From positions 5,270,001 to 5,334,000 of the forward strand of contig JBHGNT010000002.1 in assembly GCA_043228905.1 (NCBI GenBank): 64,000 bases of DNA. The letters are read 5' to 3'. The notes beneath the pieces were generated by a model. That model made no database searches. It was given only the letters and a program-made list of their open reading frames with translations, and had not been told where the DNA came from. This document shows, in pieces, positions 51,090 to 64,000 of this stretch. This DNA comes from Azolla caroliniana (Eukaryota > Plantae > Polypodiophyta). Position numbers and translations under genes: made by a program. The number at the start of each line of letters is the position of its first letter. Position 1 is the first letter of the stretch.

Positions 51090-52256
51090 CATCATGTTTC
51101 CGGGCCTTCATATTTCCCCAAAATTTCACACATGCATGTGCCCTTTCTTGTGTTTAGAGAATTTGTTGAGGAACTTCCCATATTCTTCTCTTTCATTGAA
51201 TAAGTCTTTTGTACTCATGCAAATGCTTTTGATCATTTTCTTTATCCTTAATTACATCCAAAATCATAAGGCACTTTCGAGCTTAGTGGCATTCTTTATC
51301 AAACCATTTTTCTTTTGAACCACGTTTCTTAATGCATTTACAAGATGTGTGCTTGATTGAAAAACATTTGTTTGTGCATGAGAAAATGACTTTCTTAAAA
51401 GTTTCCCATTTGCATTCTAGTGTGCCACCATGTTGTACATCTGTCATTTGTAACATATCCTCAACCATCTTGGAATACATGGGTGCTCACTTAAGGTTCA
51501 TGCTCAATTGCGGTTGTTTGTTATCTTCAATGGCATTCTCATGATCAAACCTATGCATACATTTGAGGTCAATACATAAAGTCACCAATTCACCAAGTGA
51601 TAATTTTTTTATACAATCCAAAATACCTTTGGAAAGTAGCACATTGACAATCATACTATTTCCATTGTGTTCTCTATATGTAAAATCATTAGCGTTGGGC
51701 CATAAGGATAACACAATTGCAATAAGAATTCTGGCACTATTGCACATTTGTAGGAGTAACTTCCCAAATTGGTTTGTATCTTTTTCATCAATAGAAGAGC
51801 GAGTATACATTTGTACATCCTCTCGCATCCTTGAGATATGTGGCATGAAACATTGTTGTGCGTCAAGTTGGAACCTTCATGTACGAGCATTCGTGTCAAC
51901 AAAGACAATAACTCCCCCTTTGGATTTGAAATAAGCAATATCATTTTCTATATTGACAAAAGGTGTTGGTCTTTATCCAAACAAGCATAAAAGTTGAATC
52001 TTGATGAGGAAGGTAACATCCAACTACAAAAGTGGGTTATTCATTAAGTGTTTCTATTTTGAGCCATATATAGCATCTATGTTCGTCATTTTTTATGATC
52101 GACACATATTTCTCTATTTCCCTCTTAATCAAACATGCCACATCTCCTTGTCCTCTTCATTGTCTTGGATTTTTCGTCGATATCAAAGATGGTACATTAT
52201 AGTTTCCTAAGCCTTGAATCCTTTGAGTATCATCCTCCCATGTTTCAATAAGAATG
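51090..52256 (-). mobile_element. Degenerate non-L1 LINE fragment (APE endonuclease and linker)
   Basis: IILIETWE, TRSSIDEKDTNQFGKLLLQMCN...NDFTYREHNGNS, KEKWFDKECH motifs. Confidence 0.6.

Positions 52257-52258
<2 letters not shown>

Positions 52259-52335
<77 letters not shown>
52259..52335. repeat. (TG)n(AG)n compound microsatellite
   Basis: Directly visible. Confidence 0.95.
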
Positions 52336-52336
<1 letters not shown>

Positions 52337-53072
52337 TACTAGTCTAAGTATTGAGAATGCGAAAGAAGACACAAAAAATGAGCTTAAAAGTGCTTTACAA
52401 TGTTTGGGCCTTTTAAGATTAGTGTTGCCACAAGGTTTTAGATGCTACACAGAGAAAATAAGACAGAAGAAGACAAGTAATAGAAGGAAGAGATACCAAT
52501 AATAAAGAACAGAAAAAACAATAACAAATAAAGGAGAAAAAACAAAGCCTTATAAAGATTCAAACAAATGATGCTCTATTAATAACGTATTACCTTATCC
52601 ATTAAGACATCTTATTAAAAATATTATGTTTTATGTATACTCCTATACATATGAACATAACATTGTACAACACCAATAATAATGTGCAATGAGTGAGTGT
52701 GTATTATATGAGAGTTATTTTCAATATTAAACCATTCTTATTCAATGCAAGTCTTCCATTCACTCCAATAATCTTGGCTCTTATTAATACAAATTCTTTT
52801 CCTCTTTGATTTCTTCCTTTCTCTCGTTCAATAAATTTATTGGCTTTGGCCTTTAATGATTTGAACTAGAATACCCTTTCTATATTTGTCTTTTTTTTCC
52901 CCAAAAAAACACTATTTCGCATTAGTAAGAAAAAAAAGTACATCATAGACCAGCAAATTTCAGCAACCCTCACCCTGGCCGTCTCACCAAAGTGGTCATA
53001 GTCCCCACCTCCTTTTCAACAAAAGTATCCCAACAACTCCTAGTAATTAACTGGTACCATATCTATACATAT

Positions 53073-56000
53073 TTACAGCACATGGTCACTAATGGAAGCC
53101 ATTGGCAAAAACAACCATCGGGGTGCTTGGTAGTTCCATTTAGGCGTTGATGATGATCTGCCCACCATAGGAGAACTACCCCATTTCAGCAGGAACTTTG
53201 ACCGAGCTCTTTCAGTTGCATCAGATTCCCCTTGAATCGAGTCGTACCGTCCCCACAACCAAGATACCAATTCGAACCAAATATTTAACAACACCTCACC
53301 GCTAGGGAGCTTTTGATGTTGAAAAACAAACTTACAATGTCTGGTCCAAATGTGCCGGAATAATAAACAAGCCACCATCATCCATATCTCTTCAAAAAAT
53401 TATGAGTTAGTACCAGGTCGAACTCCAGCACGTTGAAACACCTTGCCACCCTACACTATAAATCGATGACCATGGGGGTTAAATGTTCAGCCCAACCTTT
53501 CCCTGTTAACTTCAGCCCCTGTAAGGACCCCCATACAACTCTCCCATTCACACCGCATGCTACCACTATCCTGAGACTTCTACCCCAAATGCTAATAGCC
53601 TCTCCGCAATTCCAAAAACAATGAGGGATTGATTCCAAAGAGTGTCCACATATCTTTCAACCAGCCTCACCACCACGACACCTCAACCACTCCTCCACCA
53701 ATACCGCTTGATGACTAAGAAGTCACAACCAAAGTTTTATTTTTTCTGGCATATCAAATGCCCATAGTCTCCTCCAAAACGACTTCAACAAGTCATCAGA
53801 TATGCTTTTATCCCTCCAACTATTGCAAGTTAGAGCAACGCCCATTGATTTGGAGCCAATGATTTGCTTTCCTCGCTTAGTACTGTACTCGAAAAACCTT
53901 TCTAGTTTGTCCGTTCCCGGTTTCTACCACCACACCTCTAGTGGATCCCAATCCAAATCACATATAGGCTTGTTGTCAACTATCCAAAGTTTACAATCAG
54001 TTTCCAGCTTCCCTGGGTTTGGGTTTACTTGCCACTTCTTACATTCCAACACTGCCAACCACTAGTCATTGTCTCACAAAACACTTAGGTTGCCCCACAA
54101 ACGATACTCATTAGATGGGCACCTACCACGGATAATTTGTACATCACCCTCACCTACAAACCACCCAATCCAAACCCCCTCTTCTTCATTCAGCCTAGCT
54201 AGACCATAAATAACCTTATCTAGTACTACCAACCAAACCCTCCCTTCTCTTCCTTTTGAAAACCTCCCAATCTCTTACTGAACTAACATTGTACCCTAGC
54301 ATTTGCCCCCATGGCAAGTATTTTTTCTACACAAGCATCATACCGTCATTGCTTCTAATCCTGGGGTTCCAAAACAGTGGTTGTTGGAGTTGTTCCTCCA
54401 TCGTTTTTAGCTACATTAAACCAGCCCCTCTCTTAAACTTGACCAAGCCCTCATTATGGTGCGGACCACCCTATCCTCCATGATAGTCGGTTCTTTTAAC
54501 CTTAGGCCTGGACTGAACAACCACCACTTCTTTGGCTTCCAAGGGTCGCCATTCCTCAAACACCAGAGTTCAGCTTTGTCCCTAAGAAGCAACTTCCACA
54601 ATTTTGGTCCAGGTTGGAGACTTCACACCGAGAGCTTATCGAGTAAAGCCTTACTTTGGTGAACCGGATCCACCATCCCAAGTCCACCCTGATTTTTCGC
54701 CTTGATCAAACAACTCCAAGCCACTTTAGCTAACGTTGTCTCATGGTTTCTACCCCGACCAAAGGAATCCTCTCACCATTGTCGTAATGTTTTTGATGCA
54801 ATCTTTGTCTAACACCCAACATGTCAATGAGTGCCACATGGTGGCCAACAAATTGCGGTTTACCACAACCACTCTACCCGTAAGGGAAAGCTTTACTAAT
54901 GCCCATAACCGAATCTTTTTTCTGATTTTGTCTTTCACTTGCACAAGCTGGGGATTTTTTTGAATCTCAACTCTCAACAAAGAGCCCAAATATTTAACAA
55001 CCATTCCATTAGGGACCCATTGAAAATCAACATTAGGGCGCCAAAGCGGCCATGGGTTTGGACTTACCCAAAACCCTCTACTTTTGTTCCAATTAATTTT
55101 CCCACATGATGCTTTACGAAACAGCTCAATTCATTTTTCCGCTTGTTGTAAATTAGCATCATTGCCTTGCAGATAGAGCATAGTGTCATCTGCATACATG
55201 GAGTCCAACAAGTCCTTGCAAGCATGTGGGACAATTAATCCTCGTATTCCTGCATCCAGTCTATTCAAAAAGAAAGAGAATGCCTCTGAAATAAATAAAT
55301 AAATCTAGGGGGCCAACGGGTACCCCTTCCTGACTGACCTGCATAATGGAATTGATGGGCCCCACTGCCCTAACACCAACACCCTACTCAAGCCTCCTTT
55401 GAGTAGGACAAAGATGGGCCCCGCTGCCCTTTGTAAAGGGCCAACGCAACTGATATCCATTTTGAGGGTAGGCCCAACCGCTCCATGACTTTGTCTAAAA
55501 AAAGGCCATTGTACTCTGTCATATGCCTTCTCAAAGTCAAGCATGAGACATGCAATATGTTGATTGGTTTTCTTTGCCAAGGCAATCGCCTCCCAAAAGG
55601 TCAACACATTACCAATTATACAACTATTTTCCATGAATCCTATTTTTCCAACATTAATTAGCACATGCAAGTGGGGTTTGACCCTCTTGGCCAAAATATT
55701 AGCAAAAATCTCATAGATTGTGTTGAGCAACGTAATTGGTCTCCATTGCCTCACATCCGTTATTATACCATGTACCTTAGGAATTAGAAATATAGCCCCT
55801 CTTTAAAATGCTCAGCTAAGCACCCAACATCCCATGCCTCATTTAGACAAGCAACCAAGTCAACCTTAATCACTTCCAAAAAATTTCAAAAAAATCTTTT
55901 GATAATCCATCGACGCCTGGACAAGACGTGCTACATATACTTGCCAAAGCATCTGACACCTCCTCTTCCAAGAGTGGCCCTGACAACTTAACTTGCGCTA

Positions 56001-57361
56001 CCTCTGAAATTCTCGCTTGCATTCCCTCCAATACAAGTTCTGCTAGTGAAGGCTCGTCGGGGAGACTATAACTATTTGAGAGTAGCCCACTATAGTGAGT
56101 TGTGACTACCTCCATGATCTCTGATACATCCTCTGACAGTGAACTATCCTCCTTAATCAGCTTAGGATTGTAGCTACCATTTGTTCTCGGTTTTTTATAC
56201 TTAAAAATTTGTTGGTTCACCTTGTCCCCATTGATGCTCCACCATGTTGTTGAACTCATGAATACCATCTTATTTCTAGACACAATCAACCGTTGTAGTG
56301 TTTCTTTAGCAGCCTCAAGACCTGATCTCGACCATTGACACTTGGGATTTTTCTGAAGCATTCTTTGGGCAGCTGCTATCGATCTTCTTAACCTTGCCTC
56401 TCTTTCCTTAGACCTCACAATTCTATTTTTAGTCTCTTCATGTAAATACATTGAAGTTTCAATAATCTTTCCTCGAAGATTATCCAATGCACCACAACCA
56501 GCTGGATTATTTTCCCATATATTCCTTATCTTCCTTCCCACCTTCGCATCCTCAAAAAGTTTACTGCTAATCCTCAAGTTGCGGTCCCTTTTTTCCCTCC
56601 TTTGATTGACCAACGTAATCTTAACCGGCATATGATCAGAGTAAACCGAACTTGCAATGATTTCAACATTGCTGCCATATTTTTCCAATTATGAGCTTAT
56701 GTATATTCTGTCTATGCGAGACATACAAAATCCATTTATATTGCAACCTGCTCTTGAGAAGCTTAGCGAGATCCGAGGCTTTTTTAGTACATACCAAGCA
56801 TCTTTCACTCCCATTCTTCCCATCAACAAATCCCATGCAACTAACTCTGACCCCTGCATCACCACATGCATGCCCCCCACCTTGTCCTCTGTGTGCAAAG
56901 TCAAGTTAAAATCCCCTACGAGGATCCACGCATCTGTGATCGGCAGGCCATCGGCCAATTGCCTCCAAAAAAGGGGCCACATCGCTGACGAATTGGGCGC
57001 GTACACATTTACTATTCCAATGATACATTGATGCCATCTAATAGTCACATAGATGGCACGTGCCTCCACTATGGTGCCCTGGCCCACAATAATAATATCC
57101 GGATTATTCTTGATAGATGTACAAACACCCCCTTTTCTACCATGCTCACCCTGAGCTGGGGACCAAAAAGTATGCCAATCCCCCACAAGAGGATTGTCAA
57201 TACTCAAGATTTTGTTCGCACTCAAACGGTGCTCTTGCAAGAGCAAAATGTCCAGGATCCCCTTAAAGCTTGGGGATTTGAACTCTTGACGAAGGTTCTT
57301 CCTCTCCATCATGCATTTGTTACCGCCTAGACCTTGTATGTTCCACGTGATTAATTTCATG
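53073..57361 (-). pseudogene. LINE ORF2 remnant (APE endonuclease, RT, zinc finger)
   Basis: MKLITWNIQGLG, VNVYAPN, LVGDFN, SRIDRIY, SDHMP, CPGVDG, WRPITLLNTIY, LDFEKAYDRV, YADD (about 55190), ESIPHCFWNC. Confidence 0.9.
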
Positions 57362-57762
57362 AGATCAATTGTGAAGTCTCCCAAGACGGACATAGTCCCT
57401 CCTTACGAGCCCATGCCCAACCTCCCTCCTTGATCCTCTCCCATCCTAAAACCACATCTTGCCTTGTAGCTTCTTCCATTTCCTCCTCATGGACGTGTAA
57501 CACCTCATCGAGGGAGTCTACTGTCTCCTCTAGGCATAATAGAAGTTGCTTTTTAATGCAAGAATTATCGAAACTCCCACATATCATTCTAGCATTAAGC
57601 CACATCAACATCCAATTATCTCCATTCCAGGTGATAGACAGGTTGTTAAAGTATTTGTGTGCCTTGACTTCTATAGAGTTGGAGATTTGTGGCATGTTAC
57701 TGGTTGTAACCTCTAGGTCTGTTAGATCAAAAGAGAAGCCTATAGTCGGCAACTTGTTTCGT

Positions 57763-59643
57763 TCAACAACAACTACATAAGCCCATTAGCCTTAGGGCTT
57801 CCCCATGAGACAAATCAGTCACTCTTGTGAGAGCTTGCTGACTAAACCTATATCCCTTGTCCAGCATGTCCCCTTCCAATATTTTTGACCTAACAAATTT
57901 GACTGGAACTCTAACATTTGTCTCCGTACTTACTTGTCTCAACTCTTGCAACTTCTGAATTTCGGGAGTGTTGGATGAGTTTTCTTGACACCTCCTGTTG
58001 CGTAACCAGTCTTTCATTGCTCTCAATCCAATACTTCCACATTTACCAATGGAGGAAGGGGAGCTCATGGTAGATTCATGTCTAAGTGTTGCACTTTTTA
58101 ACAGGACCTCGGGTGTACATGCTACCACCTCTTCAACAATAGTTTTCCTTGGATCTTGTGCACGGTCCTCCTCTTCTTGCAACCCTTCAAAATGATTTCT
58201 CAAATCTACATGAGACGTATCCGTGTTTACTTCTCGTTGCAAGCCATTTTTGTGTCCCAAAACACGAGTCCAGCCATTTGCACTAGTGTTCGCCTTCTCA
58301 CCCCCATTGAGGGTACTCGATCTTGTCACCCTTATCGTCTCTTGCTTAGCTAACGGCCCTATAACCTTCTCCCCCCTTACATTACTATTAATCTTCCTTG
58401 GACATTCCTTAGCAATGTGGCCCTTTTTTCTACAATAGAAACATTGGCCAGGTAGACCCTCATATTCCACTTCCACATCTATCAATCTTGCCTCCACATC
58501 ATGCACCCTAATCATAGAGGGGAGTGTGGACAAACTTTGCACAAGCACCCTAATCTTACGAGAGTCTCTAATTTTTTCTACCATGGTTTCCTTTGAAGGA
58601 TAAATTGTGCCAATCTTCTCCCCGATATTTTGCATCAAAGGATATAAGTGTTGTGGCAAATTAGGAAAAGCCATAGATATCACCATAGGATTACCAATTT
58701 TCTTAGCCTCATCCATAACATTGAAATTAGCATGCCACTCCAACTAAAGAGCTCTTCCATATTTGAGCTAGATACACTTTTCATATTGATAATTTGTGAT
58801 ACATTCCTCCCTTCGACCACTTCAATGTCAAAGAAATTTCGTCCCATATTATCCACATTCTTTATATGTGGGACCTTATCCATTAAAGCTACATGTAGCA
58901 TGTCATGGACCATACCTCTATTGGGCCTACCACCAAGTAGCTTACAAATGAACGAACACTTCTTTAATCTTTTGATCTCGGCATTTAGGATTGTACTTTC
59001 TACTTCGAACAGAAAAACATCCAATAGCTCAGAAGCCTCAATCATTTTCAAATCCTTATCATGATCTCCTCTTAGGTATGCATTATGTGTCTGACCACAT
59101 TCTTGCAAAAGATTTTCCACTTGCAATGTGTACTCTGTGGCCTCCTTCTCCACAATAGCCAGCCCTTGAGGCGACCCTCCTTGCAGTCCTCGTTGCCCCT
59201 CTTCTACTCCCTCTCTGTCCATATGTCATAATGCAAGGTTGGAATGACCTCCCCCAGCTTCTTGCTTCCGGACATCTACTTTCCAAACATTTGATTCTCC
59301 CCAAACTCGCGTATCTTCACTGTCATCAACTATGAAGATGGTTGCGGCCGTACTGTAGGCGGGAGCCCATCTCCTCTTCCATCTATCCCCTCTTATCTGT
59401 CTGATTCACCAATTCCTTACATCTCCTACCAACTCCTCCATTAATATGTTTCCCTACATCTTTCCATGCGTCACTTGCTTCCCTATGTTCCAAATTCCCA
59501 ACTTGTTGCTTCTCCCGATCCTTACTCATCCTTTGTAGTGCATACCTCGACTCCACCCACCGCACATCCGGCACCCTTGTCGTTGATACTTTAATTGATG
59601 CCATTAATACTTTACTACCCTCTGATGGGTCCTTCACCAACAT
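57763..59643 (-). pseudogene. LINE ORF1 remnant (DUF4283/RRM-like region plus CCHC knuckle)
   Basis: FICKLLGGRPNR...MGRNFFDIE, VEVEYEGLPGQCFYCRKKGHIAKEC; frameshifted. Confidence 0.8.
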
Positions 59644-62600
59644 GTTCTTTTGTAGCCCGATGCCCTTTGGCTCCCTTGCCCTCTAATGCCCTACTATTAA
59701 CCTTACACCCTAATCAAAGAGACGTACCTAACACTTTAGGAGTAGGGAAACTTAGCATCGATGTGGTTCATTCGAGGCGTTGTGTGCAGCCATAAACCAC
59801 TCCATCGCTTCCTGTGGCGTTGACTCACGTTAAGAGAAAGAAATATGTTGCATTAGGGGCCCTCCCTACAACCCTAAACCCTGCCATCGTTCAGGATATT
59901 CGTCTTTTTATTTATTAGAAATCTTATTTCACTCAGAGTACATCAACAAGAATGAATACTTGAGGGTTCTAGTTGAGGCAACTACTCGATAACCAAAATT
60001 GTGGCATTAACCAGAAGCTACTTGGAGATTTACGATAAGCGAGTGTCAAGAAGCCATATAAACATAATGAACTTTCCAAATGACTCTATAAACTTAAAAT
60101 GACTGTAAATTTGTGACAACAAGGTTTTCCAGGACAAAACTCTTCAAAGGAACAAAAGATCAATTTGGTACATAGTCTCAATTCGAAGATTTCAAAATGA
60201 GATTGGGTGTTTTTAATATTTATATGCATCCTAGTCATATATCGAACCCATGATGACCCCAAGTAGCTTACAAGACATTTAGTTGAGTTGTGTAATGTGA
60301 CAATTACTTATATGAATGATGTTTCGAATGTCAACAAATGTCACTCCCTAGATCAAAGCAAACATATGCCTCCTTGGTAATAGCTCCACCTTAAATGCAA
60401 ATGCAAGCACTCAACCCCATTTTTGTAGATAATCTCACTTTGATGGAGATTGAAGCAAATGACAACAAGGGCCATTATTTGAAGCAGTGTTCAAATTACA
60501 ATCTATATTGGTGCTATTTCCATTATTGAACCAAAATGCTTCAATGTCAATATTTGACTATACTCTTACATTTTTGTCTATAATAATTACAAACTCATTT
60601 TTCCCATTTCCTTTTCGTTATTTTCCAATTCAAAATTATTCTTGTTTCAACCCTTGACAACTAAGGGCAAAAGAAGAGTGGGGTCAAATTAGAATTATAT
60701 AGTGAAATGAAAGGGAAGCGTATGAAGTTTGAGTGTAAATCAAACGTGGAGCGAATAATGGTAAAAGAAGCAAATTGAAAGAATGATACTTAATTTGTGG
60801 ATAAAATAGCATGGGCTGGTGGACTGATGGAAGTAAGCAACGGATAACATAAATAATAATAATAATATATTGGCTCATGTTGGAGGATGTGCATCTTTGG
60901 TGGGGTTGATGTCGTGATGTTATTCACTCACGATATACACTCGAGCTAAACAAGCCATATCTATATTGTATAAGAATGTGTGTAAAAACGATAAATAAGG
61001 CTAAAAGGTGGTTTGAGTGTATGTGCATAGTTTTATAACTTACATTAAGAGCTAAAAGATTGGGTTCGAATGTGAAAAAAGTAATTTAAGTTGAGCTATA
61101 AGAGTTGTAGGGGGAGAGGGGGGAGCACTAGAAGGCTTGTAAAGGGTCATACATTGAAGGGGAGGTTAATCATTTTAGGGTGATAATTGTCGAGTTAGTT
61201 TGGATTGGTAAAGGGTATAAGGCGACCACCATTAGGAAAAGCTACAATGATATCACCTACATTATTAGGGAAGAGCCGTAAGATGTGAATGCCACCTATG
61301 TATTGTAATATCTCTCTATGTTATTATCAAGGGATCTACTTCCTTTGTGTTTCATTAATTCCTTAATTTACGTCAAGTTAATTTCTTGCTCTTAAAGGGA
61401 AAACTTGAGAGCAATGACAATGATTTAGATCTACATGTAACATGATATGCTCCCTCATCCTAATAACTCTCTCCTTGAGACCATAATGAGTTGCTAGTTT
61501 ATGACAATGTTTGGGCTTGTATAATTGAGATCGTTTGTGGATGGCATTGTCATGTGGAACCCCACACTCATGAATGTCGTGCTTATGTATTTCAAATATG
61601 AATGAAAGTTGACACATATTTTGTTGACAGCTCTCATTAGTTCTTTGCCTTCCGTATAAGGAATTGTAATCGTGTTGTGAAAAAGGAACTCCTAAAGTCG
61701 TATTTTAAGAGTATTTCTCAGCATAATTTTTGTGTTTCTATAGTATTGTATAAGACAAAACATATCCTTAGTATGATGAGATAAAATTATGAAGAACTTA
61801 TCGAATATATCCCATTGAAGAATCAATTTACTATGTTTCAATCCAGTTCTAACTTTGTGGTTTTACCATTTAATCTAATGCCACAGCCCACTAGTGTGAT
61901 TCACAATCAAACTATTGATTTCACCACCGGCACCTAGTGATTTATTAATTACTAAATCGTGTAAATGTGTTCGGAAATCCGCAAAATAAATGAGTATGCA
62001 TTGTGTTTGAATTTGTGCATATGTATCATGTTTTTGTTTATGAGAAAAATGTTAGGACAATGGTTATACATTGTGCTTTGACATGTAATGTTTTTTTATG
62101 TGATAAACATAAAATGGATGGAGATCAATATTATGCTAAATTTGATGTTGCCTCCTCATGGCATAGCTAGTAGATAATGGCATCTATTGCGTGATATCGA
62201 TGAAAGTATATAGTATGCTTCATTCAAACATGATGCGATGAAGTACATGATTAGACAATCCCAATATGTGTGTGATCAAATCAATCAACCATTTACAAGA
62301 ATAGACACATAGAGAGAGAAAACACATGTTTGAATATTGGGGTTTTATTAAAACTTGTGTCGAATATGAAGTCATTAGTTCAATGCTTTTTAACTTGTAG
62401 TTTAGGAAATACGATGTGGTATGATGGTAAAATGAGACATAGACTATTGCGAATAGTGTTAAAATGGATTAGATAATTGGTGAATTGACATTATTAGGCT
62501 AAATTATACCATGGTTCATAACAATGCAACATGAATGAAGTGACAACTATTTGATGTGGCTTCATGAATCATGTAGATAACTTATAACCACGTTCAAAAT

Positions 62601-64000
62601 TGTATGGTTCCTCGAAGGACACAATTTGTTAGGTCTAGTTATAGACATTATGATTCATAAGAAAACATTAATTATGCATGCTATGTAATAAGTATAGTTA
62701 TATTGAAAAAAAAGAAGTCCAGACACTCAACGACTTCTCAAATGCATTGGTTGGACATAGGAAGTACAAGTTCAATGATATGTCCAAAAAATACCTGGTG
62801 GTCGACATAAAAGAATTGTTAGTGAATACAATAATTTAATTTATGGTTTTGGATGTTCTTGTAAGATTCGATGCAATACATTGCTATAAGAAAATGAGAT
62901 CTATTTCAACTAGACGTCACCATGGAACAATTTGATAGTAGAATATATTGTCCTCCCATGAACAAACAAAAAACAAGAAATGTCGAGTAAGTGTAATTTA
63001 TCAAACTATGTGGTACAAAAACCAAGAAAGCACGGGATGTCATACGAATGAATTCTTCAACAAAGTGCCAACCAAATGGTAATTGTGAAGCCAATGGTTT
63101 GTTAAAATGTTTGTTGGTGCCAATTACAATAATGAGACAACTAATTGACATGAAATTATGATGTTTAAGACGATGGAAATACTTCATTGATCCTCATATA
63201 TTGGACACTTGATTGTGTCACAAACTCTCTCACACACTTGCTCTAGAAGTGGTAAGTTGTAACTATATGATCAATATGATTGATTGAAGTGAGATAATGC
63301 TCATTGCTCTTATATGTTGGAAAAGGAAGTAAAAGCATGTCCAAAAGTGCCACTAAGCATGATGTCTCTAGTCCGCTGGACTTGCATTAAATCAGTTTCA
63401 GTCACGCTTTTTCTCTCACTCTTTCCCCTTCTCCATTCCATAACCCTAACATACTTCACATGTGCATGCCCCTACATGGCTAGTTGCAATAGTTACCATA
63501 GTTTGTGTCCATGTGTCACTCACTTTATGTCAAATGTCTATACCTCATACTCTACAAGTTTCACTACCATCGGATGTAGACTCCATACTCGCATGACTCA
63601 TAGAAAGCACGTGTAAATTGCATTCGGGAAATATGAAGCCTGTAATTCAGAGGGCTCCATTGTTATCTAGACTAGTAAAATTCAAAACGAATGTATACAA
63701 GTTACAACCTAGTTCACATTCCACGTGGCGAAAAAAAGATCGAGCCCGCCTTTAAGATAAATGATGGTAATTTATTTTAAGAATGAGATAACAACGAGAT
63801 AGTAAGAGAGGAGAGCAAGATATCAATCGTCTCGAAGAGAACAAGATGCTTCAAATTATGAAGGCAAATATTTAGAGAAAATTGATTTCAATAAGGCAAA
63901 AGGCCTCGATTTTTAGATAATCAAAATTTGATACACTCCATTGTATTTTAAAAGATAATGTTTGTCAGGGACCTTGGAATGTGATCAATTTTTATTGCAA

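Larger units (their letters stand above)
52896..59895 (-). mobile_element. Full-length degenerate L1/Tx1-clade LINE (about 7 kb)
   Basis: Probable TSD ATATT(T/C)GTCTTTTT at 52882-52895 and 59896-59909; short A tail; ORF1 and ORF2 remnants in order. Confidence 0.85.

Noticed and set aside
59910-64000. Host gene or DNA transposon in the AT-rich right end
   Set aside because: Only short ORFs with no recognisable motifs, termini or splice pattern; may be old TE debris but cannot be supported.

Overview
Gene-free plant-type heterochromatin. The element families point to a seed-free plant such as a fern, lycophyte or bryophyte (inference). About 3-51 kb is one nest of LTR retrotransposons, ordered here from LTR pairs, target-site duplications (TSDs) and interrupted reading frames. 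The seven-deep chain is: degenerate Gypsy H > Copia G > Copia F > Copia E > solo-LTR-like S > chromovirus C > young non-chromovirus Gypsy A. Side insertions are Tcn1-like chromovirus D (in E), and non-coding element B and solo LTR J (both in G). Flanks hold a LINE 3' remnant (0.8-2.4 kb), a non-L1 LINE remnant (51-52 kb) and a full-length degenerate L1/Tx1 LINE (52.9-59.9 kb). The most striking signal is in A and B. Neither has a polypurine tract (PPT); at that position both carry TTTCCCACGGGCGTGCCA, a sense copy of a tRNA-Arg 3' end including CCA. This is an inverted primer-binding site (PBS) and suggests tRNA- or tRNA-mimic-primed plus-strand synthesis. B also has two unrelated LTRs inside one perfect TSD. 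Other highlights: a 980-codon extra coiled-coil ORF in A, self-priming and a -1 frameshift pseudoknot in D, a conversion-like copy of 5' flank at the 3' LTR of C, and antisense Pol III-like boxes in several LTRs. No host genes or intact RNA genes are supported.
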